Position numbers and translations under genes: made by a program. From Azolla caroliniana (Eukaryota > Plantae > Polypodiophyta), in contig JBHGNT010000006.1 of the NCBI GenBank assembly GCA_043228905.1, forward strand, positions 8,928,001 to 8,992,000: a stretch of 64,000 nt of DNA. The letters run 5' to 3'. The notes beneath the pieces are model-generated. The model was not told the origin of the DNA and searched no databases. It was given only the letters and a program-made list of their open reading frames with translations. How positions within the stretch are numbered: the first letter of the stretch is position 1; every line of letters begins with the position of its first letter. Shown here piece by piece: positions 52,901 to 64,000 of the stretch.

Positions 52901-55685
52901 GGGATGGCTCTTCGACTCATTAGTGACCCCTTCCCTCATGTATGCATCAGTAGTATAGGCTCCAGGTCAACTCCGAAGCAAATCGACAATATCACATGAC
53001 ATTATTAGAGCAGAATTCAATTTGCCCCCGATGTTAGTAGAAACACTTTTCCAATTGGTAGTTTTCATTCACAGGATACATAGCCAACCACAAGATAGGA
53101 TATCCCGTCAAGCTTTTGAGGCATCCTGATCCCTATATATGTCCGGCGATACTAGCTCTTGGTATAGCACTATAGTGAGTTAGTTACTTGTAAATGGCAT
53201 AGACATTAATAACCTACCTCCCCTTAAGTATAACCATGGGACTAATCAAACTTTAATCTCTCATGAGGACCGTAATAAAGTAATACGCCAAGAAATATCG
53301 CAAATTTACACCCAATATAAATGGATCACCCCACGAGAGCCACTCCCATCTAAATGTTGTACTATAACGAACACTTCATGCACTTCTCTAAGTTAGGTTT
53401 TATTACACGACCAAAATATCTAAATACATTCTTATCAAATGCACTAAAGGTATTCATTGGACAACTTAGGATATCATCTCACCAACTTGAGATTGAGAAT
53501 GGCCATGCTAATAAAGTCCCTAGAGAGGAAAGGATATGTAGGTTATGTCACATAGAGATAGAGGATAAGTATTCCTTTACATGCAAGTGTCCAACTTATG
53601 CCGAGAAAAGGGTGAAATACCAAGACATACTAGGACCCTCTCCCACCCTCTCCAAACTATTAGATACCCCGGATATAAAGAGACTAGGTAGATATATCTT
53701 AGAGCTAAAACAACATAGGGAAAATAAACTACAAAGTGTTAACCATAACCATTTTAATATTCACCAACATGTAACTAATGTAATTTTTCAGGAACAAGGG
53801 GAGACAATGAATGTGGACACACCTACACCACTCGGCCTCTCTCTTGATGAAGCAAAAACGCAAAGAACAACTGAACGCCCTCGGATGTCGGGCTTCAAAG
53901 CAACTCAACGTGGAATAGAAACAATTAAGAAGATAAGGGAACGTGAGCTACGCCACCTAGAAGCTATGGTTGGGGTACCTTTTACATTGGGACCACGAGC
54001 CACATCCACATCGAAACCCTTTGACCTCCCGCTTCTTTACGAGAGACTTGGATAGAAATGAAACTAGGCCTAGTATAAAGTCATTTCCTTATAGAACATG
54101 TTTTTATACTAGAATTCTTTAGCTTAAGTTCTAATTTTTTTTTTATTTTTTTTTTACTTTGGATGAATGGGTAAATACCCCATTTTTGTTGTAAACCAAT
54201 TGTTTCATGGGCCAATTTTGGTCTTAGAAGACGTTAAGATATCTTTCTTTCTTTCTCAAGGCCAGGATAAGTACATAACAGCTTTTTTTCAATTTGATAA
54301 AGAGGCTACTTCATATAGCAATAAGACTCCTAATAATCGGATTTTATGCTCAGTGCTTTACTAAAATTCTTCCAAAAAATAATGTGTATATCATCTTGTT
54401 AAATAATTCTTTTAACTGCTTCTTCAGAAAAAAGAGTGTACATCATCTTATTAACCAAGTTTGTACTAGCGTAAAAGCTTATGAATCCATCTGCTACATA
54501 AAATATAGTCAAAGAGGAGAAAAAAATGATAGAAAGCACAATCCTTATATCCAATTTTAACCCTTGGGACAAGATTGATCCGCTGATATCATAAATAAAA
54601 TACCTGTAATCGTATCATGATTCTATATACTTTATCAGGGTTTTCTGGATGCTTTCCCTTGCAAGCTGTAATGTTCCCAGAGAAAATATTATGTTAAGGA
54701 AAAGACTAGAGTGCTGCTATGATTGAAACGAGAACGTCATGATCTTTAGCACTTTTTTGAACCTTAAACTGTTTTCCATCTGAAGCTTTGATGTACTGAG
54801 AACATGCCATATCTAAGAAAAGACGAGATTTCTTCTCCGATCAGAAGAGAAACAAAAAGAATACCTTCACCACTTTTCTTTAACATTAACTATTTGCTTT
54901 TCAAGCTGTAATGTTCATTGAGAATACAAAGTGTAAGAACGATAGTAGCTTACTTCTCTATTTCATAAAGAAAGAAGACGTTTAGTCCCCATATTTTTAT
55001 ACATCCTTTCTCATCTTTCTGTTATCAAGGTACACAAAATGTAAGAGAACAACTAGCTTTTTGTGATCAGAAAGCAAAGGATAAATTTTTCTGCGTTTCC
55101 CTACATTTGCTCCCCATTACTCTAAGCCTTGATCGTCTATGTTTTCAGAACACACGATATATGTAAGGAAATGATCAGAAGGCAAAGATGAGGAATCTCA
55201 TATACGCTATGATCGAGTAGTGTCTGAATTCAAAGATCGCGAACATACTTCTTATTTGATTATAAACAGAAGAGATGGGGAACATGTACATATATTTACC
55301 CCGAGTAGCGTCTGGAGAGGAAGGATCCATTGAAACTCTTGAAACGATGATGGTATGGGGATGACGTAAACGGAAAGGGACGAAGAGCAGATCGCAATCC
55401 AGCCACTGCAAAAGAATGAAAAAAGGGGGAGGAGGAGGAGGAAGAAGAATGAATGGTGGGAGAAGGAGTAAGAAAGGCGAAATTCGGAGGTTTGCTGTAA
55501 TGGCGGCAATGAGGAGGAGGATGACAATGGCGACGAGGAGGAGGAGGAGGAGGATAATGGAGATGGTGATGGTGATGGAGATGGTGATGGAAGCTCGCAG
55601 ATGAATCAGAGGGAGAGAAAGGAAGAAGAAGGCGATTACGAAGAAGGAGAAGGCGACGACGAGTGAGATTGGAGGTCAGAGACAT
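49993..55685 (-). CDS. RBL12: Rhomboid protease, PARL/RBL12-like (probably mitochondrial). Exons 55685-55300, 52159-52045, 51834-51715, 51449-51339, 51257-51210, 51129-51025, 50945-50904, 50073-49993
   Basis: All junctions are GT-AG and in phase. Motifs LIGTNVAVYVMW, TSAFS...HLLSNM.GLYFFG, catalytic GASG and AHLGG. Arg/Ser-rich presequence-like N-terminus. Confidence 0.88.
52386..54257 (+). mobile_element. RTE-clade LINE family A copy in rhomboid intron 1 (antisense to the gene)
   Basis: Colinear with 12225-14100. LLYADD, RICRLC, short internal deletion near 52967, (CTTT)n tail. Confidence 0.92.
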
Positions 55686-57296
55686 GGCTGAAAGGGAGAG
55701 GGAGAGATTGGAGATAAAGAGACAGACAGACAGTTTGGATTTGAAACAGAAGGGAAATGGAAAGCTTGACTCAGACTGAGGCAAAGCAGGCGATGGAGCT
55801 CAGCGAGGGAGAAGGAGAAGGAGAAGGAGAAGGAGAGCAGCAGCAAACCATCATATTATTACATATGTACATACATATATAACATACATATTCCATTCCT
55901 TCCTTCTTCCTCTTACTTTCTCTTTAATCTTTCTTTCTTTGCTTCCTATAGCTTAAGGCTTCCTAAGCTTTGCTTGGGTCTTCCAAACTTACGCAAATAC
56001 CCCTGCCTTCATGAATCATCTTAAAATTTAGCATTTCCAAAATTACAGAAATACCCCTCCACCAAGTTCCCATCCCACCAACATGGCAAAACACACACAC
56101 TTATAGCTACCTTGATTACATGTGGTGGTCATTGATTCCACTCACATGACCATGGCATTCTGAACCATGTGCTTGTACAAGAATACAATGCGTGTGGTTA
56201 ACAATTGGATCTTTGGATTTTCCTCACACGAGGAAGTTTGACTTCCTTTGCCTTATATACAATGGACTCGGCCTTCGCTTAATGGCACGTCCTCAACGGA
56301 CGGTGTTGACACATTCCCATGTCCTCTTACCTAAGCTCAACTTCAACAATGATGTGACCTTCTTCTAACGAAAAGAATCATGGGTTGCTTGGAATAATAC
56401 AATAGTTGTATGAATGAAAACAATACACAATAGGAGTCGCATGATAAACCTGTTACTAACATAACCTTATGAACTAAATTTACAACTAATTTAAATGTTT
56501 CACACGTATGGTGAGTGGGAAGTTGTTTATCTTAGAATGTGAGACAAACAATAAGAACTTATTAAACGTGATGCTTCTAGAAGCCTAAGGTGTTGGGGAA
56601 TTAATTTCAAGGGTTTAGGGACCATCAAAACTTTATTGGCGAGGCAAAGTTCTTTTCTTTCGGATATGTCCACCTCAACATCCTATGTATAACATAAGGT
56701 ATTATTCAATTGCATGAGATACCGATGGTAGTTTATGTTCTATTGCTTTCCTTTGCTTGGGGATGGTCAATGTGGTTAAACACATTAAAACAAATACTTT
56801 GTTAATCTAAATATTCATAATGTACCATTAGTATTTCGATTTGCAATGTCAAATCTCCAACTTATTCATTGCAATATCGAAGAGCTTCGTTCATTCATTG
56901 GGTTTTGGTAGTTTTTTAGGAAAATATCTTCGTAATAATGCATTACAACTGATTATGTTGTTAATTGATCTTTTAAATAGTAAAGGGAGAAGAATCTCAT
57001 GTTTCCTAATTAGAGGCCGCTAGTTACATCCTATTTGCGCTAGCTACAATCAAATATGCATGACATAACATAACCTATTTAATCAACTAGGTCTCAGACC
57101 ACAGGTTTCCAGCCTCCCAAGGAAGTTCAATTATCATCATCATCCATGATCTCTCTCTCTCTATATATATATGTGTGTGTGTGTCTACATATATATATAA
57201 TCTTTACTCGAAGTTAGTACTATGGGCGACACTTGGATGTAGAGCGTAAGAAGATGTATGTGTTACGTGTATGTGGTTGAGGAAATTCATGAAGCA

Positions 57297-57435
57297 ACGA
57301 GGGGTATCGGGTGAATTGTTTGAAATACGAGGGAAGGGTATTTTCAGGAATTATTGGAAATACGAGGAAGGGAGTCTCGATATACGAGGGAAGGGTATTT
57401 GAGAAATTTTGAGGAAAGGGTATTTCTGGAGTTTC
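57297..57435 (+). promoter_or_regulatory. Tandem GGGTATTT-Nx-AATT / ATACGAGGGAAGGG motif cluster upstream of NMT
   Basis: About four imperfect repeats 100-240 bp upstream of the ATG. Confidence 0.45.
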
Positions 57436-57481
57436 ATGAAAGATAAAACATTTCTCATGTTCTGTGGAATCTTGTTTAGAC

Positions 57482-57512
<31 letters not shown>

Positions 57513-57536
57513 CAGAGACAGAGACAGAGACAGAGA
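57482..57536. repeat. (GAGACA)n repeat in the NMT 5' leader
   Basis: Direct reading. Confidence 0.9.
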
Positions 57537-57541
57537 ATCGC

Positions 57542-58825
57542 ATGGCAGAGCTTTCATCGATCGGAGAGGAAGATCTGGATTCTGACGATGACATATCCGA
57601 CGAAGAAGATCTGTCGAAGCCTCTGCAAAAAGAAGACCATGAAGGGGACGAAGAAAAAGAAAACGACGAGGATGAAGTAGAAGAAGAAAACGATGAGCAA
57701 CAAGATGAAGAGGAAGAGGAAGGACCCATTGATCCTCCACATGGCGTGGCCGAGATTCGAACCCAACCCTACACCCTGCCCAAGCACTACGAATGGTGTA
57801 CATGTGACGTGAACCATGAAGAAACCATGAGTGAGATCTACAACCTTCTGAAACACAACTATGTCGAAGATGTGGAAAGCATGTTTCGCTTCGATTATTC
57901 CATGGAATTCTTGAAATGGGCACTTTGCCCACCGCGTCATTGCCCAGATTGGCATGTCGGCGTGCGAGTCGAGCGCACCAAACGCATTGTGGCATTCATC
58001 ACCGGTGTCCCTTCAAGAATCAAAATCCGGGGCAAAACCGTGGAGATGGCTGAAATTAACTTCCTTTGTATTCACAAGAAGCTTAGGTCCAAGAGACTGA
58101 CACCACTGCTCATCAAAGAACTTACTCGTCGTGTACATATCATGGACATATGGCACGCCGTATACACTACTGGCATTGTGTTACATACACCCCCACCTTT
58201 TGGCATGTCCCAGTATTGGCACAGGTCATTGAATCCGAAGAAGCTTGTCGAAATCGGATTCTCGTGCCCTCGCTCGACATTGACGAATGCCATTAAGTTT
58301 TACAAACTGCCTCACATGCCGCTGACCTCTGGCTTCAGAGCTATGAAGAGATCTGATGTTGAGGCCATCCAGTCACTTCTCGGAAGTTACCTCGCACAAT
58401 TCACTGTGGCCCCCGAATTCTCTAAAGAAGATATTGAGCATTGGTTCATGCCCACTCGTGATGATGATGTTATACATACCTTTGTAGTCGAAGACCCTGA
58501 GTCAGGAAATGTTACAGACTTTTGCAGCTTCTATATACTCCCATCGACCATTTTAGGCAATGAAAAGTATAAAGTGCTCAAAGCGGCATATTCATTCTAT
58601 AATGTGAGTACAAAAACGTCTCTTTGTCAGTTAATGAAGGATGCTCTAATTGTGGCAAAGCAAAAGGGGATAGATGTGTTTAATGCTCTTGATATCATGC
58701 ACAATAAAGATGTCTTTGAAGACCTCAAGTTTAAGCCCGGAGATGGGAATCTTCAATACTACTTGTACAATTATCATCTCAAGAGTCAATTACTCCCAGA
58801 GGAGTTGGGATTGTTGTTATTGTAG
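57542..58825 (+). CDS. NMT: Glycylpeptide N-tetradecanoyltransferase (N-myristoyltransferase), intronless, with acidic N-terminal extension
   Basis: NYVED..MFRF.YS..FL.WAL, EINFLCIHKKLRSKRL.P.LIKE.TRR, YWHRSLNPKKL, DVFNALD, KFKPGDG.L.YYLYNY, C-terminal LGLLLL. Confidence 0.95.
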   Translation: MAELSSIGEEDLDSDDDISDEEDLSKPLQKEDHEGDEEKENDEDEVEEENDEQQDEEEEEGPIDPPHGVAEIRTQPYTLPKHYEWCTCDVNHEETMSEIYNLLKHNYVEDVESMFRFDYSMEFLKWALCPPRHCPDWHVGVRVERTKRIVAFITGVPSRIKIRGKTVEMAEINFLCIHKKLRSKRLTPLLIKELTRRVHIMDIWHAVYTTGIVLHTPPPFGMSQYWHRSLNPKKLVEIGFSCPRSTLTNAIKFYKLPHMPLTSGFRAMKRSDVEAIQSLLGSYLAQFTVAPEFSKEDIEHWFMPTRDDDVIHTFVVEDPESGNVTDFCSFYILPSTILGNEKYKVLKAAYSFYNVSTKTSLCQLMKDALIVAKQKGIDVFNALDIMHNKDVFEDLKFKPGDGNLQYYLYNYHLKSQLLPEELGLLLL

Positions 58826-61800
58826 GGTTGGGGCCATTCATATATTCTTACGGCACCGCAAACACATGCTTATATCGATTCAGATGGCTGAAATGCTCGA
58901 GATTCTTCGCATCCTACTTTGGATGCTTAGATGAACTTTGAACTTTTGGGACTCTCGATTTCTCCAGCCATTTTGATTCGGGTTCTTGCATTGCAGATAT
59001 ACCCCATATGACCATGTGAGCTCATCCTTATACTGATTCAAAAAGCGAAAAAGCTCTATTTCTCTGCTTTCTGCTCCGGACGCAAAGGTAATCTTTGACC
59101 TTTCAATTTCTTGATGGGTTGGATTCATGACTCTTGCACTAGCTCAATAGCCAAAAAAGAAGAAGCAAAAGAAATGATATAAGACAAAATTAAAGCAGAA
59201 AAATAATAAATCATACATACCAAGAAATGAAACCCGAAAAAGATATGCATGGACTATGTTATGCAGTCTGGCAATTGTACCATGTGAAGATTCTTTCATT
59301 AACCTCTATATTGCATTTTCCGAAGATTCTTCCATTAACATGTAGCTTTAGGTGAATTATTTTCGGATTTTTATCTTCATCTCATTCATTGTTGATTTGT
59401 AACATTACCTCATTTATTATTGTTTTGTAACATTAAATAATTTATCATTGATTTGTAACAAAACCTCACTTATTGTTTATTTGTACCATTAACTCATTTA
59501 TTGTTGTGGTTTAAAAGATGGATTATGATTCTCCGAGCATATACATGGATTTGTAACCAAAATGGTTGCATTAATCTATCTCTCTATGAAAGCTTTTTTG
59601 GATTTGTAAATTTCCATCCTAAGCATATACATGGACTAGATTTGCCATTTGTAGATATTTTGTGATCCCTATGACGTAAATATCTATATATCCTACAATC
59701 TTGTGAAGTTTTGTGACCCCTTGTTATTTCTTGCAACATTTAAATGTTGAATTGTGCATCCCCTTTCAGCTTTCATGCAGCCTACTATTTCCTTTAAGCA
59801 TATGCTTGGTAATTTTAGTAAAAGGTAGGGTGGTTATGGTAGTGTGTGATGAGTTAGGGTAAGGCCCATGAGTGTTTTAGTCAAGATTTATTGCTGCAAT
59901 TATTAAACCAAGGAGGAAAAAATCTAATAAAACCATGTTTTGACAATTTTGCTTGGAATTAAGCACCTAACTTAATCTGTGGGTCTTTTTCGAACTAATT
60001 GAAGGATGTTTTCTGGAAAAAGAAGAAGAGAAAAACCTTCTTACAATACTTTATTTTACATGCTAAACTCTTGCTTTGCTCGCAAAAAACAATTAAAGAA
60101 CACACAATCAACAATAGACCTTTTATGCAATAGGAAATATTTCAACATGCTTTGAATTCTTTTCAATATGTCAAAATTTATAATAGACCTCTAATTTCAC
60201 AACTATCAATGGGTTCCGGACTGGATCCTGGTTATGGATGCAAACATAGAAATCAAATCTCCTTGTCTTCTATTTTTTCATTGCGAATAACAGCCTTTAG
60301 TGCTAAAGAAAAAACACCAATTGTCTAGCATCTAAGACACTAGTTCTAGAGAAAATGGCACCAACAACAGACATTGAGCTTAACAAGACAATAAGTAAAA
60401 GGGGATAGACTAAAGCCCAATAGAAAGCCTTGCCTTTGGTGACAAGGTTTATGAGTCATAATGCATGGTTTGGGATTTGGCTTAATGGGATATTGACGAT
60501 GAAATTTGGCAATAAATTTTGTGGTATTTATAAGATTCTACATAGGCACCAAAGTTTGGTAACTAGATGTATAACTTAATAAAACAATTAAGGTGTATGA
60601 TTTTGATGTAAAAAAGGTTTTGAACTCGTATGTTGGACCGTGAGCAAGCTCAATAGGAGGTGGAGAAACCACATGATATGCAATAAAGCTTGAAATGTAA
60701 GTTTCCAAAAGTGATAAATAGTTGTAGAACACTAGATGAGAACACATGAGGAGGGCTTTAGTGGATTCAATAAATGTTCATGCTTTGGGCACTTGTACTT
60801 TCAAACGTGCCTCTCGTGGATTCAATGGACGTCTTTACGTGTTAAGTCTTGTGAAGTTGCATAACATTGATGCATAATGTGATTAACAAGCTTGAAGGTT
60901 AACAAAAAATATGAAAATTAATAATAAATTTAGAACAATGTTTAGTGCCCAATCACAATGAAGAACCCTTTAAATATAGAATAACAATAAAGGTGGGCTT
61001 TACCAAAGAAACAAGAAAGAGAAAATTAATCAAATGAGGGAGGAGTTTTCAAGTTCGGTGGTTTGGGGTCCTGATCGATGATTGCATGCCTTTTGTCAAT
61101 GTAGTTTTCCATGATTCTCATTTCAAACTTCTCCCTTCAAGTACCTGCTTCTCTGTCTCATGCACCCGCCGCTCCACTTAAGAGAATCCCTAATAACCCA
61201 TTATCCTAACCCTAATAAACTAGCCCATTAAGAAGAAAAACCCTCAACCTTAACACAACCCTAGAAAGGAGAACTATAAAGAGAAGTGGCCTAATATCCA
61301 CTCTCACATTCATTGCAAGAAAACCCTAAATTAACTTTAAATAAAGAAGAAAAACCTAAAAGAAGTAGATAGGTAGATAAAAACACCAAAATCTTAAATC
61401 CCAAAAGGAGGAAGAAGTTGGAGAGGATGCTCTAAAGTTCTCCGTAAACAAAACCAAAACCCACAAATGATTGAACCCCAAAATGAGCCCTACCATGCCC
61501 TTTTCATAAATGCTCATCTACTCATTTTCATCAAGATTTAAAAAAATGATATGTAATTCCCATGTAAACACGTGTCCATGTGGTTTTTGTCTATGAATGG
61601 ATATACTTCTACTCCACATCAATATCGTTGAGTCGAAGAATCCGGACTAGTTTTTACCTTATTAGTAGCAAACTAGGCTAGGGTTTGTTGTCAATCATGC
61701 TCGATCCTCTAGCTTCGCAACCCTTGTCTAACTAGCACTCATACTTGCCCTCTCTTGTGTTAACTCTCCCTTAATACAAGATTAACATTTAGACACATAT

Positions 61801-62659
61801 ATACATAAGAAGATCTCAAAACAATACAAACATGACTTCCATTATGAAGATGCATATGATACGTATACAAGAGGTAGAGTTGTTAGGGTTTATCTAAATT
61901 ATCTCTTAGCTTTAATCACTCTTTGGGTCAAGTGAAAGATAGGCAGGAGTGAGTTAGAGCTCTAGTAAAAACAATATGAAAGTAGAAAACCCAAGAAGAA
62001 AAAAGAGCTACCAAAGTCACCAACTTTTTACGATGAGGTTGGGCTCCTTTCACATTAAGGTAGCCATTTGACAACAAGATTTTTCGTGAGATTTACTCTA
62101 TCCCCCCTTTTTATAGTGTCTTTGTGATTTTAATTTACAATAATAGTGTTGGTGTCTTCGTGGATCTTTGTCCCTAATGGCTGATGTTTAACAATGCCAA
62201 GATTCAAACCTTTTACCTTTCCACACACAATCAATAACCTTAACTATTTGACGATTAACTTATTTTATTTTATATTTCTTTTGCATATTTACATATATAC
62301 ATTCTTTTATGTAGTTATCCCTTTTTCTTCCTTTTTTACCCTTGGACTGGCCACGCCACGACAAGGTGCTTATTTAAGAAAAGCATGACAATCCGTGTGA
62401 ACTATCTAGCTACACAAAGAACTAGATTGAGACATCTACATTGTCAAGGGTAAATGTGGTCAAATAATATTAGGTATTCTTATGACAAATTTGTACTCAA
62501 GTGGATGTCGATGATTATATTTTGTCGACCACATTTTATGTGGTAGTCCCTTGAGGACTTGTATATAAAGCTCACTTGGCCCATCATGTCTTCTTGATGA
62601 TTTTTAGTTGATCAATATAGTTTTCTCTTCTGCTCATAAGCTTTCATTTCCCTCCTTTG

Positions 62660-63158
62660 TGTTGTAAATGAGAGACCGGCCACAACCAGGTAGCAAGTCA
62701 AATGCAAAGACAAGAAGAATCAAACTAGAACAGAAAATGACACAGACAATGAAACAAGATGTTAACATGGAAAACCCTAAGAGGGAAAAACCACAAGAGG
62801 ACACAAACTCCAAGCAATATCACTATGGTAGGAGGAAATACACATAAGACTCTAAGGCAACAACCTTGAGCTACTCTTCGTCTAGCAACGATTACAACTC
62901 TCATACACACTAGTTGCAACTACATCATACACATAATGATTTGCCCTAGTTGTATTTATACTAATACAACTTTAGGGCTATTTACAGTCCTGACCCAAAT
63001 AGGCGTAACAAAACCTATTTACAAGTATGGACTTTTCCGGATGCCTATCCAGATCCAATCCGGATCCGGATTCGGTCTCGTTCTTAATCTAATCGGTTCC
63101 TCGGACTTCAATCTGGATCGTGCTCTCCTTCCCATCTGGAGGGACTTGTTTCCTAACA
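62660..63158 (-). mobile_element. Solo LTR with perfect 5-bp TSD CTTTG (related to the 43886 family)
   Basis: CTTTG|TGTTG...CTAACA|CTTTG. Shares GATGTTAAC.TGGAAAACCCT..GAGGGAAAAACCAC and TTTGCCCTAG..ATTTATACTAATA blocks with 43886-44514. Confidence 0.85.
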
Positions 63159-63316
63159 CTTTGTACATTTCTTTTCTGGATGCCTATCCAGATCCAATCC
63201 GGATCCGGATTCGGTCTCGTTCTTAATCTAGTCGGTTCCTCGGACTTCAATCTGGATCGTGCTCTCCTTCCCATCTAGAGGGACTTGTTTCCTAACACTT
63301 TGTACATTTCATTTCT
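63039..63316. repeat. 139-bp tandem duplication spanning the LTR end and its flank
   Basis: 63039-63177 is repeated at 63178-63316 with few mismatches. Confidence 0.9.
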
Positions 63317-63504
63317 GGTTGTTGTCGTAAAGGATTTCGGCCATAGGAAGAAAATGGAGCCGAATGCACACGAAAATGGTCTCTATGTACAAATGTGTGT
63401 AAATAGTATAGTGTTAGTTTAAGTGGTGATGAATACTAGGTCGGAGTGATTCGATAGGTACTTTAAGACCACACGGATGGAGAGGAATAAAAGAGATTGA
63501 TGGG

Positions 63505-64000
63505 AATTAGAATTAGAATTAGCATTAGAATTTTTATCGTCCATAAAGAGGCCAATTTTGACCTATGGGATCAGAGTATACATGTGTTCTTGATGTGTGT
63601 CTCCTTCCTAAGAAGGGGTATTCATACATTGAAGCACAAAGTCTCTATGTGTGAATAAAGCATGCACATATGAGCTCAACCTTCTCGGTGGTGTCTTAAG
63701 TATGGCACTTAAGTTATCACTCCCTCTTAGTATGTCAGCATATCTTGAACGAATTGCACTATATGTCGAGCATGTGAAGAGAAAGTGACATTCATCCTCT
63801 AACATGCCTTCAATGCATACTTTGCATGTCTTCAAATTAGTTACATTTTGATACCATGATGCAACTTCAATGCCTAACTTGTGAGATTTAGTGCGAAGTA
63901 GTGTAAGGGCTCTACGAGCATTACTACTCATATTGGTAATGAGATAAGGTTAGCTATGATCAATAGCCATTCTTGCTTTATATTGAGACCAACATTCATG
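63505..64000 (-). mobile_element. RTE-clade LINE family B 3' end, continues beyond the window
   Basis: Near-colinear with 14755-15240. CKVC..EDECH..C, hairpin, (AATTCT)n tail. Confidence 0.9.

Noticed and set aside
54604-54905. Two candidate extra rhomboid exons after the duplicated acceptor-like GAACATTACAG
   Set aside because: Both hit stop codons in the required phase, and exon 1 already splices in frame to 52159.
57464-57541. ETETET N-terminal extension of NMT
   Set aside because: It starts at GTG and translates a (GAGACA)n leader repeat. The first ATG is at 57542.
59380-59510. Degenerate repeats of about 30 bp (GATTTGTAACATT..TCATTTATT) downstream of NMT
   Set aside because: AT-rich and low in information, so no function can be supported.

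Overview
Eukaryotic nuclear DNA from a land plant with flagellated sperm, most likely a fern. This is inferred from a radial-spoke NME5/NDK5 gene with a Dpy-30 tail next to a long PLS-E class PPR editing-factor gene, GT-AG introns, and abundant RTE and L1 LINEs. Seven host genes are supportable: an intronless AVT3/ANT-type amino-acid transporter (+), NME5 (-, at least 6 coding exons), a PLS-E PPR lacking DYW (-), a two-exon EMF1/HAP8-like protein (+), a START-domain protein (-, 6 exons), a PARL/RBL12-type rhomboid protease (-, 8 exons) and a divergent intronless N-myristoyltransferase (+). Between and inside them lie three degenerate L1 LINEs, fragments of three RTE-clade LINE families, four solo LTRs, tRNA-derived SINE heads, a 47/48-bp minisatellite and many microsatellites. 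Best leads: a phase-compatible splice that could fuse the DYW-less PPR to NME5; a 3' hairpin with compensatory changes shared by all three RTE families; RTE insertion into (CT)n tracts; an unassigned C-terminal domain on one RTE family; an oriented GGGTA-Nx-AATT motif cluster upstream of three genes; and a telo-box array in the intron of the EMF1-like gene. Family assignments come from motif recognition by eye, not from database searches.
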